Shown one piece after another: positions 24,406 to 36,130 of a DNA stretch of 56,528 bases. The DNA comes from Octopus bimaculoides. Taxonomy: Eukaryota. Each line of letters starts with the position of its first letter. Positions within the stretch are counted from its first letter, which is position 1. The notes beneath the pieces were generated by a model, which ran no database searches, had not been told where the DNA came from, and worked only from the letters and a program-made list of their open reading frames with translations. The stretch is from assembly GCF_001194135.2 (NCBI RefSeq), contig NC_068994.1, positions 14,827,483-14,884,010 of the forward strand, given 5' to 3'. A program made the translations under genes and the position numbers.

Positions 24406-24518
24406 TTTTTATAGTAATTATAATTATTATGATGAAAAGGATGAAAAGTAATGCAAAGATTTTGAACAAGATATATCATAACAATCAAAATGCAACCCCT
24501 AAATTAAGATTGGTGTAT

Positions 24519-24554
<36 letters not shown>

Positions 24555-24559
<5 letters not shown>

Positions 24560-24705
24560 TCACCATCGCTTGACAACCGATGCTGGTGTGTTTACGTCCC
24601 TGTAACTTAGCGGTTCAGCAAAAGAGACCGATAGAATAAGTACTAGGCTTACATAGAATAAGTCCTGGGGTCGATTTGCTCGACTAAAAGCGGTGCTCCA
24701 GCATG
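24555..24705 (+). mobile_element. SINE-A 3' half following a (TG)n run
   Basis: catcgcttgacaaccgatgctggtgtgtttacgtccc...ggggtcgatttgctcgactaaaagcggtgctccagcatg, then gap. Confidence 0.9.
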
Positions 24706-24914
24706 NNNNNNNNNNNNNNNNNNNNNNNNNNNNNNNNNNNNNNNNNNNNNNNNNNNNNNNNNNNNNNNNNNNNNNNNNNNNNNNNNNNNNNNNNNNNNNN
24801 NNNNNNNNNNNNNNNNNNNNNNNNNNNNNNNNNNNNNNNNNNNNNNNNNNNNNNNNNNNNNNNNNNNNNNNNNNNNNNNNNNNNNNNNNNNNNNNNNNNN
24901 NNNNNNNNNNNNNN

Positions 24915-24959
<45 letters not shown>

Positions 24960-25998
24960 ATACTGGTGGGAGATGTCAAAATTTGTGGCTGAGAGGGGAA
25001 AAACAAAGACATCTTATGGTATTTAGCTATGACACTTTACATCTACAGATTTTGCCTTTTCCTTTTCTGGAAACAAGGGGCCAGATTGAGGTTGCTAAAA
25101 CAAGGGCTAGACAAAGTAAAAGAGCCAATATAACCCATACAAAAAGAAAAAGAGTAAAAAAGAAAAGAGCAAAAAATATAGTTATTGGAAATAAAACAGA
25201 GAGAGAGAAACAGTGTGAGAAAGTACTGGGATAATAGAGAGGCATAATAGGAAAAAAAGGAATAAATAAAAAAAACAGAGAAATGGAAGTGGGAAGAGAA
25301 AAGGAAGCGTGTGTGTGTTTTATTACTAACATACTGATAGTAGAAGGAATAGTAACTTAGCAGTAAACACTATACAATTAGATGATGAATGCTGAGTATC
25401 AGTTAATGAACATTTTGCAATGTGTTTTAGTTGGCTAAGATATTTAAAACAAACAAATAAATCAATCAACAAAAAGATAATACAAAACAAACAATAAAAA
25501 ATTTTAAAAAGCAGCTTGTTTTAAGTGTACTTGTTAGTGACTGGGTGTGAGTCAGCAGAGGGATTGTTTAAGTATAGAGAGAGCCTTGACCTATAACTAA
25601 AAAGTTGGCTTACATTGTTTTCATTGGAGAGAGATAAAACCCTGCACACACACACACACACACAGTAGCTGGAATGATGAGGCCAAACAGCCACAGTGTA
25701 GTGTCACTAGAGTTTAAACAAACTGCAAATTACTCTTGCCACCACCACCACCACTAGCATTTAATGGAGGAGCTACAGAGGACATGATTCAACTTTTGAC
25801 CTATAGCAGACAAGTTTCATCCAATCCCATTTATCAACAGTATATTCATTTACTAGTATCTTTTTATAACCAGTTTTCACACATGTGCATGCACATCTCA
25901 ACATATACATTATATTATAATATATATATATATATATATATACATACACACACATACCATATTTACATGTGCATACACTCTTAGAAACTACGACTTTA

Positions 25999-26387
25999 TA
26001 CTCTTTTACTTGTTTCACTCATTTGACTGTGGCCATGCTGGAGCACCGCCTTTAGTCGAGCAAGTTGACTGCGGGACTTATTCTTTGTAAGCCTAGTACT
26101 TATTCTATCAGTCTCTTTAGCCGAACCGCTAAATGACGGGGACATAAACACACCAGCATCGGTTGTCAAGCAATGCTAGGGGGACAAGCACAGATACACA
26201 AACATACACACACACACATATACATATATACGACGGGCTTCTTTCAGTTTCTATCTACCAAATCCACTCACAAGGCTTTGGTCGGCCCGAGGCTATAGTA
26301 GAAGATACTTACCCAAGATGCCACGCAGTGGAACTGAACCCGGAACCATGTGGTTGGTAAGCAAGCTATTTACCACACAGTCACTCC
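25999..26387 (-). mobile_element. SINE-A, full length
   Basis: Both modules, internal microsatellite and tail present. Confidence 0.9.
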
Positions 26388-26962
26388 ATAAAGTTTGCTT
26401 ATTAATTTACGTTTGAGTAACTAATTATATTGAGCAGTGAAATAAATGACTAAATAATTAAGCAGTAACCTTGAAATGTTGGGACTATTAGCATAATAAA
26501 AAAAAAAAATTTTTTAAACATTAAATTTAGTCTGGTAACTTCAGGCAAAATGTTTGCTACCATTTCTCAGTTAAACTTCAAGGATGGGAAGTTAATTCTC
26601 AATGTTAGTAACTGACTCCTGCATAAATTGGAGAAAATGGAAAAATGAATATAAAAGAATAAAGAAAAAATGTTGTCAGTTTAGTATTTCGTTTATGTTT
26701 TCTTGACATCAACAGTATTGATTTAAAAGTAGTATGTTTTTACATGTAAATGTGGTTGATTCACACATTGCGTAGTATATAAGTATCATGTGTAGTTCTA
26801 AATGTCTGTTGCATTCTAAAAAAACTTTATTTCTAGAATCACTAGTTAATTGGCTCCCCCTCCTCATAAACACCAAACAACTCTAATGCTCTACCCGCCA
26901 TGAATATGAATGCTGTGGACCAAATACTTTAAAAGGTTTTGTACTAATTAGAACATTTTCAG

Positions 26963-27128
26963 CAGTGGTTCCCAAGCTGGGTGGCACCACGCCCTGGAAC
27001 TAGTGAGTAAGCTACAAAGAGCAGAGAAAAGGAAAAAATAAAAAATAGAACAAGGGTATAGTATGTTATGAATACATTTCAGATACTGTAAGAAAATATT
27101 CTCTACAAATATATACAAAGACAAAGCG
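26963..27128 (+). mobile_element. Left end of a hAT-like element
   Basis: CAGTGGTTCCCAAGCTGGGTGGCACC terminus; right TIR not found. Confidence 0.5.
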
Positions 27129-28416
27129 TTGGGTCTTCCCATAAATAATGTGCTTTTTCAATTTCATGAACTAAAAGTCAGAGAGGAATAGGATAGACTA
27201 CTTGCATCAACTTGCTATAAAAGCAGGTAGTAATTGTTACCTTGCATTTATTCTTAGTGCAAGTTTTGAAGAGTGCAGTTTGATTTTAAGTTATTTTTCT
27301 CAAAGCTATAATGGAAGTGACAAAGGAGCATATTCAGTATATTTTGCTATATGAATTCAATAAAGGCAACAACGCAATGGAAAGTGCAAGGAATATTAAT
27401 GCAGTATACAGGAATCAGACAGTAAGCGTAAACCAGTGTCAACGGTGGTTCCAGAACTTCCGCGATGGAAACTACAGCCTAGAAGATGAGCCTTGTCCTG
27501 GAAGATCTGTAGAGTTCGGCAAGGAAGTCCTGCAAATTCTGATGGAACTGTTCAGGAACTACCAGAGAAGCTTATATTTGGTCATTCAACCATTCATTGA
27601 CGACTGCGTGCCATCAGAAAAGTCAGCAAATTGGGCCAATGGGTTCCTCACAAACTTTCTGAGTCTAATTGTATGCGCAGAGAGTGAATGTGTGCTCTTC
27701 TTTGCTGTCAAGTTTCGTGAATGAACCTTTTTGGGACTGAATAGTGACTGGTGACAAGAAATGGGTTCTCTATTAAAATGTCAAGCGCTGAAAACGGGTG
27801 AGTAGGGAAAAGAGAAATACCAGCACCCCAGACTAAAGAAGGTCTTCACGTAAGTTGTNNNNNNNNNNNNNNNNNNNNNNNNNNNNNNNNNNNNNNNNNN
27901 NNNNNNNNNNNNNNNNNNNNNNNNNNNNNNNNNNNNNNNNNNNNNNNNNNNNNNNNNNNNNNNNNNNNNNNNNNNNNNNNNNNNNNNNNNNNNNNNNNNN
28001 NNNNNNNNNNNNNNNNNNNNNNNNNNNNNNNNNNNNNNNNNNNNNNNNNNNNNNNNNNNNNNNNNNNNNNNNNNNNNNNNNNNNNNNNNNNNNNNNNNNN
28101 NNNNNNNNNNNNNNNNNNNNNNNNNNNNNNNNNNNNNNNNNNNNNNNNNNNNNNNNNNNNNNNNNNNNNNNNNNNNNNNNNNNNNNNNNNNNNNNNNNNN
28201 NNNNNNNNNNNNNNNNNNNNNNNNNNNNNNNNNNNNNNNNNNNNNNNNNNNNNNNNNNNNNNNNNNNNNNNNNNNNNNNNNNNNNNNNNNNNNNNNNNNN
28301 NNNNNNNNNNNNNNNNNNNNNNNNNNNNNNNNNNNNNNNNNNNNNNNNNNNNNNNNNNNNNNNNNNNNNNNNNNNNNNNNNNNNAAAAAAACCTTATTAT
28401 TTATGGGAAAACCCAA
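27129..28416 (+). mobile_element. Tc1/mariner (mariner-type) transposon, 1288 bp, inactivated transposase
   Basis: TIRs TTGGGTCTTCCCATAAATAAT / ATTATTTATGGGAAAACCCAA followed by TA; ORF from 27311 MEVTKEHIQYILLYEFNKGNNA...QRWFQNFRDGNYSLEDEPCPGRS (mariner HTH); LD*IVTGDKKWVLY*NVKR (first catalytic D region) with stops and frameshifts; 3' half lies in a gap. Confidence 0.92.
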
Positions 28417-29999
28417 TACACAGTGTTGCTTAAAAATCTATAGATAGAAGAGTGTAGCTAAGACATAAACAAGATAGTTAATGAGTAAAATTTCAAAGCA
28501 TCCAGTGGGCAGGGATTGCACAGGGTAACTTTTTTGGAATTTTGACATTGCCTTGAACAAAAGAAAAAAATGCAAAGAAGAAAGGACTCGGACTTCCAAG
28601 GAGACATGGTTGACCACTCTAGAGCTGACACAATGGCAAATTGTACCCACAACTCTCTATAAAGTGGCTGTCAAATAAAGAGAGACACTGATGGGTCAAG
28701 AGGATTCTTTATGCTGGCACCATTGTAAAATGCACTCAATACACCCTTTAAGGTGTAAAGTGGTTGGCATTAAGAATGACATCCAGCCTTGGAAACTTGG
28801 TTTGTATGGAGCTAGAAACTCAGTTCTTAACCTAAAAGTGACTTTATACAAGAACAGGTTTAGACTGTGATAAACCATCCAACTATGTCAGCATGGGAAG
28901 CAGACATAAAAAGGTGATGATGATGATGATGATGATGATGACGACGAAGACAATATGCACACAGCCACAAAAGACATACAAATACTAAAAAGAACAAACC
29001 AAGTTAATATTTTGCATCCAGAAAACAAGCATACAAATGCAATATTTCTAACTGTTGGACAACTTCAGTAAATGTTACATGAGCAGATTCATTGTTATCT
29101 AAAGATTAAGACAGTTTGGTTGTTGGAAGATGTTTAACTACTACATTGTGTAAGTCAAAGAATCTCTCCAAGAAGCTTGGCTACAATGGAGATTTAAGTA
29201 TGAAACAAAATGCAAAACAAGAGTCACTGTAACATTTTTGTGACACTTAATACCAGAATAAATCATACCTAAATTTCTTTTGTAATAAAAAAAATTGTCT
29301 TTTTCTTTATATCATAGAAACTCACTTTTCTTAATGGCTAGTATTTATGTAACAAGCTATTTTCTTATTCTTTAATTTGAGGCATGGAAAATGAGTATCT
29401 CACAACACTATTTTAGTGATGAATATGCTCTTTGTATAGTTACATCCTCCTCCTTTATTACATGTATGTGTGTGCACATGGGCATGTAAGTGTGTGTGTG
29501 GAGAGAGAAGGAGAGAGAGTGAACTTGAACTGGTTTAAATTGCTTATTAACAATATTATTATTAGTTGTAATAGAAATCATTGACAACTCAGAACTATGT
29601 AGACTGTAGTGACTTGAACATTTCTCAAATGAGTTGCTGTTTTGTTAATATAATAGGTATCATGTATGGAACAGTTGAAACCTCTGTTAGATATTCCACA
29701 GTTAACAATGTCTTCAAAATAGCACCACACTTGGATTGTTGCAAGCGTTGCATAACCGTACCTAAGTGCTTTTATAAAGAGGTTGCACAAAATAATATCT
29801 GTCCAAGCGGTTCTCTCTTTGGAATAGAAGGCCGCACTATAGTATCATTTGATAACAAAAACTCCCATAAGCCCGTGTTTCTCCTTTAAAAAAAAGAAAG
29901 AAAACCCTACCACCCACATATTTCAACATCAAAATGCATGATGTCATTGTAACCATGATTAAGCAACACTTCCTACGTTGACAACCACAATGACATCCT

Positions 30000-30380
30000 C
30001 TTATGTCAAAACCACAGTTTCATACAACTTAGCATTCAGGTTCCACAAGGACAGATTAACTGTTTGCACCAAACAAACCCACTCCACATTACAAGCAAAC
30101 ACCTCTTATCAGAAATTCTATACAATGTCACCAACATGCCTCAGGTTCATGTCATTTACACTCACAAAAGGACAAATATCTAATAAACAAAGAACAACAA
30201 CAATAACAAAAACCACTCCAAATAAATGCAAACCAAGAACTACAAGCATTTGGAGAGAAATAAAAAGAATGTGACACTAGTTTACCAATACATCAGATTC
30301 ATTGTAAACGTTATCAGAACTAAGCAGGTTCCAATCTTCTCTGATAGTAACCACAACAAATATGCTATACAATACAATAA
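30000..30380 (+). mobile_element. Possible PLE RT C-terminal remnant
   Basis: TVCTKQTHSTL resembles VYRKPTHT; KKNVTLVLP resembles the PLE linker. Highly decayed. Confidence 0.3.
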
Positions 30381-30399
30381 TCTTTGCTTTTCATACTGT

Positions 30400-30600
30400 A
30401 AGATGTGGCTGTGTGGTAAGAGGTTGCTTTCCAACTACATGGTTCTGAGTTCAGTCTCACTGTGTGGCAATTTGGGCAAGTATCTTCTACTTTGGCCCAA
30501 AGCTGACAAAAGCCTTGTGAGTGGATCTAGTAGATGGAAACTAAAACAAGCCCAACATATACGTATATATGTATGTTTGTGTCTCCTTGTCTTCATATCA
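30400..30600 (+). mobile_element. SINE-A 5' half
   Basis: gtggctgtgtggtaag...ggttctgagttcagtctcactgtgtggca...agccttgtgagtggat. Confidence 0.8.
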
Positions 30601-30849
30601 TGTGATTGTTGGGAAAGAATGTGACTTTGTTCCAATATTCCATGAAAACATTGTCTGGCTATGGGAAGAAACGGGTAAGGGTTGGCAACAGGGAGCACAT
30701 CTGGTGGTAGAAAAATCCGCCTCATTAGAATTCTATCTGACTCATGCAAACATGGAAAAGTGGGCATTAAAATGAAGATGATGACGTGAAGAGGTAGTAC
30801 ACAGTTATCAGATCCATTGACAATCATTTTACAGAACGAAATCAAAATA

Positions 30850-31478
30850 TTAACCATTTAGCATTCAGAATACCCTGTCAAATGTTTGTTGTTGGCACTC
30901 CATCGCTTACGACGTCGAGGGTTCCAGTTGATCCGATCAACGGAACACCATGCTCGTGAAATTAACGTGCAAGTGGCTGAGCACTCCACAGACACGTGTA
31001 CCCTTAACGTAGTTCTCGGGGATATTCAGCCTGACACAGAGTGTGACAAGGTTGACCCTTTGAATTACAGGCACAACAGAAACAGGAAGTAAGAGTGAGA
31101 AAAAGTTGTGGTGAAAGAGTACAGCAGGGTTCGCCACCATCCCCTGCCAGAGCCTCGTGGAGCTTTGGGTGTTTTCGCTCAATAAACACTCACAACGCCC
31201 GGTCTGAGAATCGAAACCGCGATCCTATGACCGCGTGTCCACTGTCCTGACCAATGGGACATTGCGCCTCCACCCCGTCATATGTAAGGTGTGTTTATTC
31301 ACATTGTTTTAAATTTATCATACATTATCTTATAGCTTTCAGATTTCAAATCATGTGATTGTTTATTTTTTAAATAACATTACATAGCAGGTGTGAGAGG
31401 CCTGATTTGGTCAGTTTTAACATTAAACAATAAGAATATTTCGGCCTGATATGGCCAGTTTGAATGCTCAAGGGTTAA
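30850..31478 (-). mobile_element. piggyBac-type MITE interrupted by SINE-B
   Basis: TTAA at 30850 and 31475; the two halves rejoin to the consensus. Confidence 0.85.
30886..31271 (-). mobile_element. SINE-B, full length with 14-bp TSD
   Basis: TSD accctgtcaaatgt (30872-30885) / accccgtcatatgt (31272-31285); (caa)n tail. Confidence 0.92.
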
Positions 31479-32493
31479 ACTCTACCTAGACACACAGGGG
31501 AAGATATCTCCATTATCTATAATGCTCAAAATGAGGAGTGGATGGACAGCCGACAACCGATGAAGGGTCGATTTTTGTTACTTGTCTTGTTCTCCATTTG
31601 TTTCCCCTCATTCACATACCAAAGTTAGTCTTCGTATTTCGTATCTCCTGTTGTTTACGCTTTGTGATATCCTGTACCCATATATGCATATATATGTATG
31701 TACATATATATATATATATATATGTATGTACATATATGTGCATATATATANNNNNNNNNNNNNNNNNNNNNNNNNNNNNNNNNNNNNNNNNNNNNNNNNN
31801 NNNNNNNNNNNNNNNNNNNNNNNNNNNNNNNNNNNNNNNNNNNNNNNNNNNNNNNNNNNNNNNNNNNNNNNNNNNNNNNNNNNNNNNNNNNNNNNNNNNN
31901 NNNNNNNNNNNNNNNNNNNNNNNNNNNNNNNNNNNNNNNNNNNNNNNNNNNNNNNNNNNNNNNNNNNNNNNNNNNNNNNNNNNNNNNNNNNNNNNNNNNN
32001 NNNNNNNNNNNNNNNNNNNNNNNNTATATATTATTTATATTATTATATGACTGAATACCACGCATCCATTTCCAAGTAAGTTTATCTTATATATATATAT
32101 ATATATATATGAAACTAATGATTCATTCATTGCTACTTAGAGTTTCTCTAATATTTCAGATTATAGAAAGCTTCATCTCTGTGCTATGTGAAGGTTAATA
32201 TATTGTGAGAGGCTGGATAGTATACGAGAGTGAATTATCAGCTTAGAATAAATAATTAAACTCTACAGCATGGGTGCAAACATAACTGTGTGTTTAAGAT
32301 GTTTAAATTTCCAGCCACACTGTTCCAGGTTTAACTCCACTGCATGGAACAATGGACAGGCTGACCAAAGCTTTGTGAGTAGAATTTGGTCGATAAACAC
32401 CATGTGGATGCCCAGTGTGTGTGTCTGTGTCACATGCATTCATACATGTACATACATACTTACATGTACATGTCTATATAATATGCATTTATA

Positions 32494-32862
32494 GGCGCAG
32501 GAGTGGCTGTGTGGTAAGTAGCTTGCTTACCAACCATATGGTTCCGGGTTCAGTCCCACTGTGTGGCACCTTGGGCAAGTGTCTTCTGCTATAGCCTCGG
32601 ACCGACCAAAGCCTTCTGAGTGGATTTGGTAAACGGAAACTGAAAGAAGCCTGTCATATATATGTATATGTATATGTGTGTTTGTCCCCCAAACATTGCT
32701 TGACAACCAATGATGGTGTGTTTATGTCCCCCATAACTTAGCGGTTCGGCAAAAGAGACCGATAGAATAAGTACTGGGCTTACAAAGAATAAGTCCTGGG
32801 GTCGATTTGCTCGACTAAAGGCGGTGCTCTAGCATGGCCACAGTCAAACGAGTGAAGAGAGT
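32494..32862 (+). mobile_element. SINE-A, full length (reference copy)
   Basis: A-box TGGCTGTGTGG, B-box GGTTCAGTCCC, internal TA/TG microsatellite, 3' core, aagag tail. Confidence 0.92.
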
Positions 32863-34021
32863 TATACACACACACATGTACATATCTACATGCATATGCA
32901 TTTAAACACACACACATACATACATACATAAATTTGATGGATTTCATTTTACACTGCTTTTTTTCTATGCTAACGTGGCTTAAACAAACATATTACTGAT
33001 TTATTATTTTAAAGCTGGATGCTCTTCCTGTTGCTAACTATTATCCATCCCCACTCCACCTTCAACATGTCTAAGAAATCAGAGAGCCAGCAGATGCTCT
33101 CTTGAAGGGGAAATGGACAACAGACTTCACTGCTTGCAGCTCAGCAGTTTTTCATGCAAAGTGTACAGAATGTAAACATTTACACACACTTCTTCATTCA
33201 TTTGACATCTGTTTTCTCATGCTAGAATAGGTCATTACTGAAGCATTGTTTACAGCTGGATGCCCTTCTTGTCCCTAATACTTAGCTGTCTTCTGAAGAG
33301 TGTAATGGATTTCTGGTTTTTTTTTTGTTCTGCATGTCTTTGAAAGCATGGAGCTAGGAGATGATTTAAAGCCAGAAAATGATAAACTTCACCCTATGTG
33401 AATCACTGCTATGAGAAGTACAACATAAACATTCACACACAAAGGATTTCATACAGATTCTGTGAACCAAATTCACTCACAAAGCATTGCTGGTCTGGAA
33501 CAACACATGGCCAAGGTATCAAATACCATGTCGCTGAGAAGTAGACTTCTTAATTACATAGCCAAGCCTCTGTGTATGTGTGTGTGTGTGTTTTATATCA
33601 CAGAAAACAGAAAAAGACACATACAATCATGTGTAGTCAATGATTTACTCTGTAGCTGCTGAAAATTTCACACAAGTATTGTCAAAGGGTGGAATCTTGC
33701 CTATGGCTCTCATCAATTAGTAAAGATAAAGTGGTATTTTTTCAGTGCCCTCTGATGCCACTGACAGAAGTCAAGACAAAACTATTAAAATCCATTTTGA
33801 ATGGTACAATTTTCCACCTGAGACAGTTCCCTTTAGTTGGTATTCAGCAAGCCTATTATGTAATTGAAATTTATTTTTAACAAAAACTTTGCCCTGCCTT
33901 TGCAATAGCTCAAAAGTACATCCTTTGTGTTCAGTGATCATTGATACTAACATTCATAAAATATGATATAAAATAAACATAATGTAAATAGTACTACTCT
34001 TTTGCATATTGGTACATCCAA

Positions 34022-34055
<34 letters not shown>

Positions 34056-34803
34056 ATATATATACATAGATATAGAATGAAAATGAAAAACAATTCAGTC
34101 AAACTGTTACAATAAGCAACCATTTACATCTATGGCTGAGCAGACAGTTATGTAACACCAAAAGTGAACACATCTGCACAACTACGCTTCATATAAACTT
34201 ATATGAGACAAGGTTTGTAACAAACCTCCAATCTCCTTTGCATTAAGCCTCTATAGTCACAACATGATCTAGCTACACAAGTCAACTTTAACATTCTGTT
34301 ATATAATCCACAATATTCGACTAACATCTTGTTATTCTCATTCCCACCCAAGCAAATACATCATTACGAATTATCTGCTGCCTTGATTTTCATAAAGCAC
34401 ATTCAACCAGAGACCTTTCATATGCAACAAATTCTTACACAAACATTACAGCTACTCCAAATCTTCAGCTATAAACATTTCTCAGACTGCTGAGAAAACA
34501 ACCTCAATGGCTTCTTCAATCAATAATGAACCTGTCTGTAGGTCATAATGAGGCTCTCATAAATTAATAATTGTTTGTCAATAGTAAGAACCAAGTATTA
34601 CTTATTCCCACTCAGTCCACTTCACATGAATAACAATTAATTTTCTCTACAATACAACACAATAGATCAAACAAATTTGCCTGACATTTTCTTTAGTGGA
34701 CTTTAAAAAGATTGAGAATAACAACAAAATAAATAAAATACTTCAGACACAATTATTTTAAATTGTAAACAAGGTTAAATGTAATAAGATTTTTCTTTCT
34801 CTC

Positions 34804-34834
<31 letters not shown>

Positions 34835-34904
34835 GTCTGTTCTGCTATCATTACAAAGATCTTTTTGCTATTTTTACTTCACCGCTAATCAAACTGTTCG
34901 CTGC

Positions 34905-35070
34905 AACCTTACCATCCAACCACTCTCCACACTGTCTCTTCCTAGACAGTTGCATTAGTCAGAACAAGTCCATCCCTAAATCACCCATGTTGTCTCTGCC
35001 AATTACTGTCCTTTGATGCCTCCTGCTCAAATATTCACCAAATGAACTTTTCAAACTTCCCATTTTCCTA
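34905..35070 (-). mobile_element. RTE-like LINE 3' remnant
   Basis: GHQRTVIGRDNMGDLGMD...RKRQCG resembles the RTE C-terminal GRP..W.D...DL...DR..WR motif. Confidence 0.4.
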
Positions 35071-35127
35071 TCTAGCCAGATCTTCATAAACTATGAATAC
35101 TAAACTATTCTTCCATAGATTAAAAAC

Positions 35128-35140
35128 ATATATATATATA

Positions 35141-35225
<85 letters not shown>
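35128..35225. repeat. (TA)n microsatellite
   Basis: Directly visible. Confidence 0.95.
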
Positions 35226-35757
35226 ACACAGCAAAATAGATCAAAACTGAAAACAAAACTTATTTTTACTCTAATTGGTAGTTAAAGGACTATGTAATTG
35301 CGGAGTAATTCAGAAGAAACAGGATAAATATGTTTATTTTGCCATTAATGGTTTCACTATGCCGGTAATAGAACTAAATACTAATTTGATACATGAATTT
35401 GAAACTGTAGCATGTGCTTTACAGCTAAGCTATCAAAGAGAACAGCTTAATAGTTAAAATGAACAGTTTCAATTAGTTACTAAGCCACTTATATAAAAAT
35501 AAACACCACTTCTGTATGTTTTGCATAAAGAAATATCAATTGAATTTATACAAGTTTTTATACGTTATCACTATTTGCAAAACTGTGAAAACAACCAAAT
35601 TGAAGTGAGATTATGCTCAATTTTGATTGTCTTTCATTTTAACCAAGGTAAAAAAAAATTAGTCAAAAATAATACTGAAGCAAATCTGTTGCAGTTAGTA
35701 TGAACATTTAAGTTGATATTTGTTCTGCAATGTCCTGAATGGGATAATTCTAAACTT

Positions 35758-35900
35758 TTATCCCTTTAGCAATTAAACTGGCTATATCTGGCCCAAATAT
35801 TCCACCTATTTTATGTTCAAACTAGCTAGATCTGGCCTCTCACACCTCTACGTCATTGAAATCTCGAAACTATGAGTTAATCTGAATGCTAAAGGATTGA
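35758..35900 (+). mobile_element. piggyBac-type MITE, internally deleted
   Basis: ccctttagcaattaaactggc...ctgaatgctaaagg. Confidence 0.75.
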
Positions 35901-35974
35901 ATGTTTGCATAAATTGCAAGAACATTTACAGTTGGTTGTCCTTATAATAGCTAATAAATCACAACTATGCAAAG

Positions 35975-36130
35975 GGGAAAAGAAAGCATGCAAGACCTAG
36001 ACTGAGATTTGAAGATACTGCAAAAAAAGTAACATGAAATGGAAAGGAACTGATCATAATAAATGGCAAACTCAAATGAAAAAACCAACCAGTATGGAGA
36101 AAGCATATCAAGCCATGTCAAAGCCACAAC
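35975..36130 (+). mobile_element. RTE LINE 3' remnant
   Basis: GKRKHARPRLRFEDTAK motif. Confidence 0.6.

Noticed and set aside
28480-28650. Possible L1/Tx1 fragment (GLGLP)
   Set aside because: A single short motif only.
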